Below, piece after piece: positions 16,493-26,129 of a stretch of DNA of 64,000 nt. Under the pieces are notes generated by a model. The model was not told where the DNA came from, made no database searches, and worked only from the letters and a program-made list of their open reading frames with translations. Every line of letters starts with the position of its first letter. Positions within the stretch are counted from its first letter, which is position 1. The position numbers and the translations under genes were made by a program. The stretch lies in the IMG/VR virus record IMGVR_UViG_3300019458_000004, positions 1-64,000 of that record; one strand, given 5' to 3'. Origin of the DNA: a virus (Duplodnaviria; Heunggongvirae; Uroviricota; Caudoviricetes).

Positions 16493-19076
16493 AAGTCTTC
16501 CCTGTTGCCCATTTAATAGCTGTTCCTAAAACTTCTCTTCCCCGCCTAGTAACTTCCGAAGCTCCGTGCGGATAATTAAAGTTTAACCCAGAACTTCCTA
16601 AAAAGCCATACATACTATTAATACCAACCTTTTGACTATTCTGCAAATCATCATAATACTTATCTTTTGTATCTTTTGCTAGCTTCTTATTTTTTAATCG
16701 CTCATTGGTAAAATATTCCAAAACTTTAAGAACGTGTTGTTGAGGGTCTTTATGTTTAGGATAGATTTTGTATTCCAGCATTACAGAAGGATAAAGAGAA
16801 GCCACGTCAAACGATAATACATTCTTATGAACTCCTGGAATACCATGAGAGATAGCTCCTTCAAATTCTACTGATTCATCTGCCTTTGGAATACTATGTT
16901 TATTTTGAAGATATGATCGAACAAGCAATGCATTCAATTGCGAACCACTAGCCGATTCTGTCATTAATTGAAAAGGCTTAGGAATGCTTTGTGTAAAATA
17001 AAAGACAGCCGGAATCATTAAATCATATAAATTTAAAGCATCGTCGCCGTCGAAGCAATTATGCGAAATTAAACCATTGCTAATATAGCTGTGTGTTCCT
17101 GTTACCGATATATTATGAACTTTTCCGGAGTATTTTGTTGCTTCAATTTTTTTAATTCTAACGTGTTTTTTGAAAACCTCTTTATTGTGACTTCTTAATA
17201 AATCGGTTCTTTGTTTAATCTTTAAATATTGATTGATTTCTTTTGATGCTTCTGTAAAAAAAGTTAGTTCATAAAATTGATGTTTAGAACGAACCGCTTG
17301 TCCATTAATATAATTTACTTTGCGGTGTGGTCTTGTTCGGAAATTTTGTCGCGTTAAATTTAATTCCATTGATGAAGATAATAAATCAATTATGTTTGCT
17401 AAATGAGGACTTGTTGTACATAAACTTAATTGAAAGCTTTCACCTTGATTTTTAGTTTTTCGAAGATGCCCGTCTCCATCTAGTAAACCTGCTAAAAAAT
17501 TAATGGCTAATCTTGGGTTATTATTTAATATATCAAAACATTCTCTTGATAATCTTTTCTCAGGAGATTTAAATTTTCCATTAGTCCAACGTAAAAATAA
17601 ATCAGCTAATTTATGATTTGAAACAACAATATCTACCGCTTTAGTATTCCCTTTTTTTACAATAGAATATTTATAATTAAGTTTGTCCAGGGTTTGTAAA
17701 ATAGTTTGGCATTGATTTTTATGTTGTGTGATTATTAAACTAAAATAATTTTTATTATTTTTTCTGATATATCCATCAGCTTGATATAAACCAAATAACC
17801 ACATTAAATCATCTCGAAATTTTAATGCTTTTTTAGTTTTTGCTTTTTCTCCTCTAACCAATAAATGATTTATTTTTAAATCTTGTGCTTTAATCCATTC
17901 ATATTTTAATGTTTTTTCATTTAAAACATAAAAAGGATGTTCTGGGGTGACGTTTAATATTTTCCGCCCGCCGTCAATATTAAAACTATACAATAATCCA
18001 TCATAATCTCTTTCAAGTTTCTCAAATACTTGTTGTGGTTTCCCATAACAATCAATAACAGTGTCTCCATTTTCAATATCTTCAATAAACTTCGTGCTAC
18101 CATTTTCAAGAGTAATTAAAGAACTTTTTGGTGCAAAACAAGCGTATTGTTTAATCTTTTCGAACTCTTCTGGGATATGGTATTTATGACGAATTTGTTC
18201 TCCATCATAAAATACACGATCTTTAACTTCTAAATTTTCTTGTTTAATAAGTTGCTTTAGTTTGTATGATTCGTATTTTCTTCCCACGTCATATCTTAAG
18301 GCTACAAAGAATCCATCGATCACGTCCCGACCATAAACATTAACTTTCTTGTATGTGTAGAATTGGGAACCGTCTTTACGAAACTTAGATTCATTTTTAT
18401 TAAACCATAAATCCGATCCGTCGCGGCCAAGAGCTAGGGTAGTTTCTTCGCGGCGGGCAATTGTTTCTAAATAAACGAGGTCAAAGCTATTAATATTATA
18501 TCCTAAAAGAATAGAAGGATTCATTTCCCGAACCCATTTCGTCCAAGCTTCAATCATTGGTTTTTGAGCTTCTGAAACATCTAAAGAATAATCGTTATAC
18601 GCAAAAAGTTTTCGGGTTATCTTTCCTTGTTTTCGAAATGTATTAGCGATAATTAAAACGTTGGCTTTAGGATCGTGAGGATTTAAAGAAGTAGTTTCAA
18701 TATCGAAAGAAAGGATAGACGGTTCATAGCTTTTCATGCCTTTGAAGCAGGTTACGCCGCTTTTGATCATAGCAGCTTCTTTGACATTCCAAATTAAATA
18801 AGAATCCTTGCTGGCAAAATATCGCGCGGCATTATACCATTCTTCTTGAGTATTAAAAAGAAGTGCGTGTTTGTAGTGAAGATTTCCGTTTAGCGGGATG
18901 GACTTGTTGCCGTGGGCGTAGGGAGTAAGTATCCAATGTTGATTTTGTTTGAATTCTGAAACAATGGTGCCATCTTCTTTTTCAATAAACAACTCCAAGT
19001 TGGAACCGTTAACCTCAATATTTGTAATTCGCTGCGTTTTATCTCGGCCATAAATTAATTGCTGAATATCAGACAT
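16443..19076 (-). CDS. family-B DNA polymerase, N-terminal fragment (exonuclease + palm motifs A/B) with a LAGLIDADG intein
   Basis: Exo I FDIETT, Exo II YNINSFD, motif A DVASLYPS, motif B KVGINSMYG. Intein from CFAPKS.. to ..GLISHN|C, with LFGLYQADGYI and LAGLLDGDGHL. The ORF ends about 50 aa after motif B, without motif C. Confidence 0.85.
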   Translation of the reverse strand: MSDIQQLIYGRDKTQRITNIEVNGSNLELFIEKEDGTIVSEFKQNQHWILTPYAHGNKSIPLNGNLHYKHALLFNTQEEWYNAARYFASKDSYLIWNVKEAAMIKSGVTCFKGMKSYEPSILSFDIETTSLNPHDPKANVLIIANTFRKQGKITRKLFAYNDYSLDVSEAQKPMIEAWTKWVREMNPSILLGYNINSFDLVYLETIARREETTLALGRDGSDLWFNKNESKFRKDGSQFYTYKKVNVYGRDVIDGFFVALRYDVGRKYESYKLKQLIKQENLEVKDRVFYDGEQIRHKYHIPEEFEKIKQYACFAPKSSLITLENGSTKFIEDIENGDTVIDCYGKPQQVFEKLERDYDGLLYSFNIDGGRKILNVTPEHPFYVLNEKTLKYEWIKAQDLKINHLLVRGEKAKTKKALKFRDDLMWLFGLYQADGYIRKNNKNYFSLIITQHKNQCQTILQTLDKLNYKYSIVKKGNTKAVDIVVSNHKLADLFLRWTNGKFKSPEKRLSRECFDILNNNPRLAINFLAGLLDGDGHLRKTKNQGESFQLSLCTTSPHLANIIDLLSSSMELNLTRQNFRTRPHRKVNYINGQAVRSKHQFYELTFFTEASKEINQYLKIKQRTDLLRSHNKEVFKKHVRIKKIEATKYSGKVHNISVTGTHSYISNGLISHNCFDGDDALNLYDLMIPAVFYFTQSIPKPFQLMTESASGSQLNALLVRSYLQNKHSIPKADESVEFEGAISHGIPGVHKNVLSFDVASLYPSVMLEYKIYPKHKDPQQHVLKVLEYFTNERLKNKKLAKDTKDKYYDDLQNSQKVGINSMYGFLGSSGLNFNYPHGASEVTRRGREVLGTAIKWATGKTYEEWKPKEEVTNENSD

Positions 19077-19330
19077 TAATTAAGTCTCTTGTAATTTACA
19101 CAAATTCTTGTGCTTTGCGGGAGGATTATTTTTGTCGCAGCATTATAAATAAAAATGACACTCGTTTTTGTTTCTGTGCAATTCCATTCTTTTTTAATTA
19201 GAGTAATTTTTTCACTCGTAATGGCATCCCAAATTGCAAAGGGTAATATGATAAAAGCAATTCCTAATAATCCAAAAGCTAAATACATTAAAAATGTTTC
19301 TATTTTATTTTCCATTTGATTCCTTCCCAC
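19076..19330 (-). CDS. hypothetical membrane protein
   Basis: TM helix YLAFGLLGIAFIILPFAIW. Confidence 0.4.
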   Translation of the reverse strand: MGRNQMENKIETFLMYLAFGLLGIAFIILPFAIWDAITSEKITLIKKEWNCTETKTSVIFIYNAATKIILPQSTRICVNYKRLN

Positions 19331-19562
19331 AAATAACCCAATATGTATTAAATCTTACCTTAATAAACCTTTTCAGGCAAGGAGATTTTGGATAATGAAT
19401 CTTGCATCTTTTTCCAGCGGAAATAAAAGACTTCTGATCCATTTTATTCCAGACTAATTGTGTTCGATTTTCAATAAAAGTATTGGGACAAGACTGGGTG
19501 GTATTGGGACAAAATTGGGACATAATCGGAATAATTAATAAAATTAAAGATATTTTTTCCAT
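19305..19562 (-). CDS. hypothetical secreted Cys-rich protein
   Basis: Signal-like N-terminus MEKISLILLIIPIMS. Confidence 0.35.
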   Translation of the reverse strand: MEKISLILLIIPIMSQFCPNTTQSCPNTFIENRTQLVWNKMDQKSFISAGKRCKIHYPKSPCLKRFIKVRFNTYWVICGKESNGK

Positions 19563-20005
19563 GATTTATAAAACTTTTCCAAATCTTGCATAAAACATTC
19601 TTTTGATTCGGTTGGGTTTTTACCAAGTTCAATCAGTTCCTTTAAACAAGTTATAATCGTGGTTAAATCTTTTTCAAGCTCGTCAACTTTTTTCCAGCGT
19701 CTTTTAAGTTTTAATTTCATCTGACGATAACGTTCTCTAGTAATTGGCTGTAATATCCATTCACTGGGAAATTTAATTTTCTTAATAAGCTTACGACATT
19801 GTTTCGAATGGAAATAAAATACGTTACTTGGTTTCGTTCCCCAATTATCCATTCTAACTAATAATATACCATCTTCACCAATGAACTCAATCATTCCTTT
19901 ATCGGAAGTCACTATATTGGTCATTTGACAAACATCATAAACTCGAATTCTATCTCCTACTTGGAATTTCATATCCACTCGTCCTTGTGCTCTTTTTCGG
20001 CTCAA
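19544..20005 (-). CDS. hypothetical protein
   Basis: 153-aa ORF. Confidence 0.4.
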   Translation of the reverse strand: MSRKRAQGRVDMKFQVGDRIRVYDVCQMTNIVTSDKGMIEFIGEDGILLVRMDNWGTKPSNVFYFHSKQCRKLIKKIKFPSEWILQPITRERYRQMKLKLKRRWKKVDELEKDLTTIITCLKELIELGKNPTESKECFMQDLEKFYKSWKKYL

Positions 20006-20621
20006 TAATTCGACCGCCTTTTTTAATATTATCAGATGCCCATAATGGTTGCAAATTGGAATAATGACAAAGTTTATGCAATTCTTTTTGTGTTTTGGCA
20101 GATGCTAATGGAATTATATGGTCAATATGCCATCCTTTATTATTGTGATTATCCCACGTCATTCCTTTAAGGAATTTAGATTCTAAATAAGTTTTAAAAA
20201 ATTCTACTGAGCATCCTAATAATTTCTCGGTTTTAACCAATTTGGCTAAACCTTTTCGTTTTAGAGCATGATAAATTCGTTTTCTTATAGTTCCTGATAA
20301 TTTAAATAATTGATTAGTTTTTCTTTTATTTAATTCATATTTTCGGATTCTTGGTCTTTGTTCTTTTCTCCATTTCTGGTATTTTTTAAAGTTTATTTTG
20401 TAATATTCCTTATGGTATTTTCGTAGTTTGCTGTGGTTTTTTAACGCCCATTGTTTTTTATACTCACTGGCTTCTTTTTTATGTATTTGATAATAATTTT
20501 TATGATAATTCTTAGTGCATTCTCGACACCAACCGCGATTCTTTTTTGTAAAATAATTGAAATGTTTGTAAATCCTACAAATAGAACAAATTAATTTATA
20601 GCCACTCTTCCGCTTTGGCAT
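19950..20621 (-). CDS. HNH homing endonuclease
   Basis: WHIDHIIPLASA...NLQPLWASDN. Paralog of 3333..3950. Confidence 0.7.
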   Translation of the reverse strand: MPKRKSGYKLICSICRIYKHFNYFTKKNRGWCRECTKNYHKNYYQIHKKEASEYKKQWALKNHSKLRKYHKEYYKINFKKYQKWRKEQRPRIRKYELNKRKTNQLFKLSGTIRKRIYHALKRKGLAKLVKTEKLLGCSVEFFKTYLESKFLKGMTWDNHNNKGWHIDHIIPLASAKTQKELHKLCHYSNLQPLWASDNIKKGGRIIEPKKSTRTSGYEIPSRR

Positions 20622-22518
20622 TTTCTTGTTTCTTCTTTTTTAGTTCAAAAAGTTCCGCCTCTTCTTCCATTGTCAATTCACGAACAATTCCTAAAACACC
20701 GTCCCAATGTAAATCTAACGCAAAAAGTTGCCCCATTCTATTTTTCAAACAAGTGACCGACATAAATTTATCATTTTCTGGGTTTCTAGGGTCATATCCC
20801 GGTCGATTAACTCCTAACATAATACTCAAACTTTGTTCAATAGCCGAACTACCCTTAGCACTTCGATAGCTTGTAATTTCATCTGCGGGCGTTCCAGCAA
20901 TTTTGCTTGGTTGAAGAAGTGTTAATACACAACAATTATGAGTTTTAGCAATTTTTCGAAGATTTTGAGCTACATAAGCGGACGAAGCCGTAGGATCGTT
21001 TTTATCTGTAATGATTAATTCATTATAATCAACAACAATAAATCTAACTTTTTTTCCGGTTTTTTCCTCGGTTGCCATAATGGAATTTTCAATTTGTTCG
21101 ATTGATTGCCCTGCATCAAAACAAAACTCAACATTACCATATTCTTCATTTAAAAGAGTATTGAGATCATTTTCAAACTCCGCATCATCATTTTTAAATG
21201 GATCGAAAAGCTCTTTTTCGGTAACACCTGTGTGTTTTTGTGCGAGTTTTTGATAAACAAGAGATTCATACATATCTAGGGAATAAAAAATGGCTAGTTC
21301 ACCAGCTTTTGAAACAGTGTTAAGTATTTGGACAGCAAGACTGGTTTTGCCAACCCCAGGTCCCGCCACAATTCCAACCGACATTCCAATAGTCATACGA
21401 ATTCTTTCATCAAGTACCGGAATTCCTGTTTTGATGGTTAATTTATCGATATTTTTAGCATAATCTTTAAATCTTTTTCCGGCTTCGGTAATTTTAATAG
21501 TATTACTTCCGGATCTATCTTTAGCACAAGAATGTTCTCCCAAGGATTCACATTTTTCTTGTAACCAAATATCATTTTGACAAGAATATTGTCCGCCTTT
21601 CCAAGACGGGGAATAAATTGACTCTAAAATATTCTCCCAAACCTCATCGGTTGAGAATTCATCTTGTTTTGTGCGCTTGGCTTGCTTTTTAATGGCCGAC
21701 TTAAGCATATAGTATGCTGTTTCTCGGTCATATCCTAATCCTCGGCATGTAGCAGCCAAAACAGTTAAAGCATAATGCCGTTCACTAGCTTCAAAAAGCC
21801 CTTGAAGCAGCGACCATTTACAATTACGCCATTCCTTTGGTTTGTTAACCCAATCAATAGTTGTATTGATTGTTGCTGTCTTAGTTTTTTTCATTGACGA
21901 CGTTATATAGCTTTTTGGTAGTGTAGTTCTAGTAAATTGTAAATTAAGCTCCCTCGGATTCTTAGCAAGTTCTTTAATTTCATTTACAGACATGGTTTGA
22001 ACTTCGTCAATATCAAGCGGAATTTTAAATAGACCGGATTCTGGGTGCTTAGTATTAGGAACTCTAATAATCCTAACCGGATCAGTAATTTTAACATCGA
22101 GGGTTTTAAATGAGGAGCTAAGATTCTTTATAATATCTTTAAATTGTTCGGGCGTAATTCTTTCATTAATGTCAATTTCTAAAGAAAATCCCTTCATGCC
22201 TGAAAAAAAGGCTTGAATGCTTTCAGGATCGACTCCGGTATCGATTAAAACGCCTATTAGGATGCTAGTTTCATACCGGGCAACTTCTACATCCTCTTTA
22301 TTGTCTAAATCGAATACAAGCCTATCTGTCGTGGTATCTTCGATGCCTTTAAAGCTCTTTTTTTCTTCAATAAGCTTTTTATGCAATTCTGTATACTGGA
22401 ATAAACTTCTGTACCAATCTTTATTTGGATCGGTTATGTGTTTTGATAAATCAGTTGGGTATGGTAGAACTTGGGGGGTTCCGGTAATACCTTTTTTTAA
22501 TGCCTGAAATATTCTCAT
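20596..22518 (-). CDS. bifunctional primase (AEP/prim-pol-like N-terminus) - SF4 DnaB-like helicase
   Basis: N-terminal VFDLDNKED, FFSGMKGFSL, D..R motifs. C-terminal Walker A GPGVGKTS in a RecA-fold helicase domain. Confidence 0.75.
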   Translation of the reverse strand: MRIFQALKKGITGTPQVLPYPTDLSKHITDPNKDWYRSLFQYTELHKKLIEEKKSFKGIEDTTTDRLVFDLDNKEDVEVARYETSILIGVLIDTGVDPESIQAFFSGMKGFSLEIDINERITPEQFKDIIKNLSSSFKTLDVKITDPVRIIRVPNTKHPESGLFKIPLDIDEVQTMSVNEIKELAKNPRELNLQFTRTTLPKSYITSSMKKTKTATINTTIDWVNKPKEWRNCKWSLLQGLFEASERHYALTVLAATCRGLGYDRETAYYMLKSAIKKQAKRTKQDEFSTDEVWENILESIYSPSWKGGQYSCQNDIWLQEKCESLGEHSCAKDRSGSNTIKITEAGKRFKDYAKNIDKLTIKTGIPVLDERIRMTIGMSVGIVAGPGVGKTSLAVQILNTVSKAGELAIFYSLDMYESLVYQKLAQKHTGVTEKELFDPFKNDDAEFENDLNTLLNEEYGNVEFCFDAGQSIEQIENSIMATEEKTGKKVRFIVVDYNELIITDKNDPTASSAYVAQNLRKIAKTHNCCVLTLLQPSKIAGTPADEITSYRSAKGSSAIEQSLSIMLGVNRPGYDPRNPENDKFMSVTCLKNRMGQLFALDLHWDGVLGIVRELTMEEEAELFELKKKKQENAKAEEWL

Positions 22519-22823
22519 AATCCTTCTTGTTTAAAAGAAACCCCTAGAATGATTGGCATTTACAGGGGTATTTTGCACTTGATTGGCATTTACTGCGGCC
22601 CGGAAGCGACTCCGGGCTAGTCATTTTTACGGGGCACTAGACTTGTAGGCGCAACGTCACCCCAACTAAGTTCCTCCGGGTTTCCAAATCCCCATTGGTA
22701 TGCGTGTCTCTAGTGAATTGGCTGTCTGTTTGCATCTAAGTGCAATGCCACCAGCCTGCAGGATTTCAGAACATGCAAGTGACACCTGAAATTCACAGCT
22801 TCCCACGCCGCCGCAGTTTAAAT
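22519..22823. other. GC-enriched, highly structured intergenic region with direct repeat TGATTGGCATTTAC x2; candidate replication origin or structured ncRNA
   Basis: Lies between the primase-helicase start and the next gene. Repeats at about 22551 and 22582. Hairpins CCCCT..AGGGG, GCCCGGA..TCCGGGC, CTAGT..ACTAG, ATTTCAG..CTGAAAT. Confidence 0.3.
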
Positions 22824-23096
22824 TTAATTACTCTCTTCTAGTCTTACGCTAACAGTCTCTAGAATAAAATCTGGAATATTCGGAACTGAACCATCTTGCT
22901 TTGGACGGCGAGGATCATTGAAGAAGAGCGCCGGGTTCTTTACAACCGCAATCTTATTTCCTTTCGCATCCTTTACTAAAACTTGAACTTCGAAGTTGTA
23001 TTCGGGCTTCTTTGAATTCTCGCTTCCCAATTGAAGATATTTGGTTCCCTTCTTCGATTTTCGAACTTCACCTACTTTTAGAAATTGATTAGCCAT
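22824..23096 (-). CDS. hypothetical protein
   Basis: 90-aa ORF. Confidence 0.4.
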   Translation of the reverse strand: MANQFLKVGEVRKSKKGTKYLQLGSENSKKPEYNFEVQVLVKDAKGNKIAVVKNPALFFNDPRRPKQDGSVPNIPDFILETVSVRLEESN

Positions 23097-23136
23097 TGAT
23101 TTTTCTCCTATTTATTATCAGTAACGTTAAGAGCCT

Positions 23137-24420
23137 TTAGAACCGCTTTCCCTTATCGGTAGCAGCCAATCCTTCGAGCATTGCACCCATCTTCATTCCA
23201 CCTTCGGATGAAAACAAGTCACGCACATTGGTTAAACCGCTCGTCGGGCTTTCAGTATTAGAAATAATCTTAATCTCAGCCTTTTCAAGTGCCTTAGCTT
23301 GTTCCATACCAACTGCCTGCGTAGCTTCGACTTGACGAATCGTAACAAGATACTTTTGATACGATTCATTTGCGCCGATTTCCTTAGCTAGAACAATCTG
23401 CGCTTCAACAGGCGCTAGTTGCATCGCCTTTTCAGCATTCGCTTTTGCTTCGCCATTAAGGGTAATCGCTTGAGCCTCAAGAGCCTTAGATTCAAGTTGT
23501 CCCTGCGCCACGAGAACCGTGGTTTCCTTTTGCTGTTGTGCATTTACAACGCTTACATCCTTTTGAATCTCCGCCTTACGCACTTCTTGTACTTTAAGAA
23601 CGCTCATTTCCTTATCTTTAGTAATCTTCTCTTGTTCGGCAACCGTTTGTAGGGCTTCTTGATGAGAAATCGTCACTTGTCGGTCAGCCTCAATCGTTCT
23701 TAGTCCAACTGATTGCTTTGCAGATTGCTTTTGAAGATCAACTTCTCGCGTGGCTTCAATTTCAGCAATTTCAGCCGACTTCTTATTCTTAGCAACTTCA
23801 GTTCGTGATTCCATTTCAATCAAGGACTTCTTCTTTTCCATGATGTTCTTAATAACATGGCTTCCAGAACTATCTCGAATATCCATGAGTTCAATATTCT
23901 TTACCGTGCTTACTCCCCAGTTAGCGAGTTGTTCGTCAACCTCTTGAGTAAATTGAGCACCGAACGTTGCGCGACCTTGCATAATCGTTTCAATCTCATT
24001 GCTCGCAAGAATCGTTCGAACTGCACCTTGTACGATAGCTTTTAATTGTTCATGCAATTCCGTGAACGATGCCACACGTTGCGCCGCAACATCACTTTGA
24101 GTAATGCGGAAAAAGGCTTTAACATCAACAACAAAAGGAAGCCGACCTTTATCATAAGCTTCATATGCTTGAAGATCCAAGTCAAATACGCTTACCGGGA
24201 GCTTTATTTTATTAATACCAAGAATCGGCAACCAACTTGGCCATTCGTAATACGTATTACCATTGCCGGTATCTTTACCGTAGCTTAGGGTTCTTTTTTG
24301 ACTTTGAACAATGTGTACTTCATTCGTAGAAACAACACGCCGAAGACTAATAATTTTATAAACAAGGGCAGTTAGTACCAAACCGCCCAATCCCAACGAT
24401 CCTAGCAATACTTCGAACAT
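23137..24420 (-). CDS. SPFH/band-7 (flotillin/YqiK-like) membrane protein
   Basis: N-terminal TM helix, SPFH-like core, then a long coiled-coil (AEIAEIEATREVDLQKQ...). Confidence 0.55.
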   Translation of the reverse strand: MFEVLLGSLGLGGLVLTALVYKIISLRRVVSTNEVHIVQSQKRTLSYGKDTGNGNTYYEWPSWLPILGINKIKLPVSVFDLDLQAYEAYDKGRLPFVVDVKAFFRITQSDVAAQRVASFTELHEQLKAIVQGAVRTILASNEIETIMQGRATFGAQFTQEVDEQLANWGVSTVKNIELMDIRDSSGSHVIKNIMEKKKSLIEMESRTEVAKNKKSAEIAEIEATREVDLQKQSAKQSVGLRTIEADRQVTISHQEALQTVAEQEKITKDKEMSVLKVQEVRKAEIQKDVSVVNAQQQKETTVLVAQGQLESKALEAQAITLNGEAKANAEKAMQLAPVEAQIVLAKEIGANESYQKYLVTIRQVEATQAVGMEQAKALEKAEIKIISNTESPTSGLTNVRDLFSSEGGMKMGAMLEGLAATDKGKRF

Positions 24421-24432
24421 TTATTTATCTCC

Positions 24433-24906
24433 TTATAGTAAAACTTTACAAAAAGCTCTAATTTCAAAATCGCCATTTTCTCTTGCTAGAACAAAACTTC
24501 CTTTATGAGCAGGATGTTCTAGTGTCACTGCTTCAGTTAATTTTAAGTTATTTTCGGTTAGTTTGTAAAGGGTATTTTTAATAGATTTCTTAAGTAGCCA
24601 TTGAAATTTACTAATTTGTGTAAAATCAACGAGCTTTTCAACCATTTCTTTAGTAATTGCATATCGAAGTATAATCATCTTTTCAGTCAACATAAATTGA
24701 CAATTAAAAGTATTTTCTAATTTAATTGGTTCTAGGGTAAAAACTCCTGAATCCGTGTCAGCAATTGTAACTGAAGGGGTAACTTCTTCAATTTGAAGAT
24801 TTAAAACTAAATTCAAATTGATGTCATTAAGATCAATCTCAGAAATAATTTTATTTAGCTGCTTTTGCATTTTTCTTTTCTTCGACAAGTTTATTGATAG
24901 TTTCAA
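24433..24906 (-). CDS. hypothetical protein
   Basis: 157-aa ORF. Confidence 0.4.
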   Translation of the reverse strand: MKLSINLSKKRKMQKQLNKIISEIDLNDINLNLVLNLQIEEVTPSVTIADTDSGVFTLEPIKLENTFNCQFMLTEKMIILRYAITKEMVEKLVDFTQISKFQWLLKKSIKNTLYKLTENNLKLTEAVTLEHPAHKGSFVLARENGDFEIRAFCKVLL

Positions 24907-25147
24907 TAATATGCTTTTCTTGTTCTAAAGCAAGATTTCCGTTCGTTTGGCCACAATACCAACAACTTGGATTATGACTTTCAGTGGTTTCTAATCCGTG
25001 TTTTTTTGCCGCAGAATTAGCAGCAGGATAAGCCGGAGCTTCAAATTCTTTTCGAGTTTTATTACCTTCTTTATCAGAAGTTTCAATAAATAGTTTATTC
25101 CACGGTCTTCGCATCTTGACTTTCTTCCATTTCTTTTTGAACTTCAC
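24851..25147 (-). CDS. hypothetical protein
   Basis: 98-aa ORF. Confidence 0.35.
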   Translation of the reverse strand: MKFKKKWKKVKMRRPWNKLFIETSDKEGNKTRKEFEAPAYPAANSAAKKHGLETTESHNPSCWYCGQTNGNLALEQEKHIIETINKLVEEKKNAKAAK

Positions 25148-25466
25148 CGAAGGTACGATCTAGTTCGGCGCGGGCTCTTTTTACCATATTAGCATAAATT
25201 AAGCGTTCGCCATACATAAAAGCGACTCGTTGTTCATTCGTTAGTTTAAATTTCTTTGCATCAACAAAAGGGAATTGTACCAAAAGAAGCATTAACCGCT
25301 TGGTTTCTTTTCTACTAAGCTTATTTAGTGATTCGTTAAACGCCGGAAGAAGCTGTTCAAGCATTCTTTCAGCTAATTCAAGATTATCAACCGAGGGAGT
25401 TGCTGGTTTAGTTTCTTCTTTTAAAACTTGTTCTGTTAGCTTTTGTTCTTCCATTTTTATTTCCAT
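25095..25466 (-). CDS. hypothetical protein
   Basis: 123-aa ORF. Confidence 0.35.
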   Translation of the reverse strand: MEIKMEEQKLTEQVLKEETKPATPSVDNLELAERMLEQLLPAFNESLNKLSRKETKRLMLLLVQFPFVDAKKFKLTNEQRVAFMYGERLIYANMVKRARAELDRTFGEVQKEMEESQDAKTVE

Positions 25467-25711
25467 TCAATAAACAATATTCTATTCTTCACTTTAACAG
25501 AATATCCGTGCTTTTGCAAGATATCGGTTAAACGCACAATAGTTTCTTGAGTACATTTTTCAAATTGATTTAATAAAATCGTTGTAGAATATTCTCCGTG
25601 GGCTGAAGCATGTTGTACTTTTGGGTAAATGACGGTTTCAAGAAGTCCGGTAACAAACGTTCGTTGTTTGGCATACCAATTGGCTTCTTGTGCTGTAAAA
25701 AGCTTAATCAT
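25457..25711 (-). CDS. hypothetical protein
   Basis: 84-aa ORF. Confidence 0.4.
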   Translation of the reverse strand: MIKLFTAQEANWYAKQRTFVTGLLETVIYPKVQHASAHGEYSTTILLNQFEKCTQETIVRLTDILQKHGYSVKVKNRILFIEWK

Positions 25712-26060
25712 TTTCTTTTTTAAAAAAGTATTCTTGAATTTCTTCTTGAATCAACTTTCCAGCAGTTATGTATTTGTGTTCTGATAAATCTGGATAGGGG
25801 TTTGCCGATCTAATAAATTTAATTAACTTTTCTGCTTTTTTAAGGTCTTCGCTTAGCTGTTTATTTTCTTTAATTATTTCCAATGCAAATTCCATTCCAT
25901 GTTGTTCTTGCGTTTGACATAATTCTTGTAATCGTTGAAGTTCTGCAAGAAGGGGTTGAATTTTTTCATTGGCCATGGCAGCATAATGACGTGGTTCGGG
26001 ATCACGGTTTTGATGACCCTCAATTGTAACATCAAAAATAAAATCTTCTGATTTAAACAT
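25704..26060 (-). CDS. hypothetical protein, paralog of 2302..2496
   Basis: Shared segment AMANEKIQPLLAELQRLQEL. AAGGAG RBS; the 13-mer repeat lies upstream. Confidence 0.45.
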   Translation of the reverse strand: MFKSEDFIFDVTIEGHQNRDPEPRHYAAMANEKIQPLLAELQRLQELCQTQEQHGMEFALEIIKENKQLSEDLKKAEKLIKFIRSANPYPDLSEHKYITAGKLIQEEIQEYFFKKEND

Positions 26061-26129
26061 AAAAAAACTCCTTACCTAGTAGAACTGCTTCACCCAAGCC
26101 GTTGTTTGATCCGGGACCAGACCATGAGA

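Noticed and set aside
22519-22823. tmRNA (CCGGGTTTCCAAATCCCC looks T-arm-like).
   Set aside because: No GGGG..CCACCA acceptor, no tag-peptide reading frame ending in AA-stop, and the motif deviates from GGTTCGAATCC.
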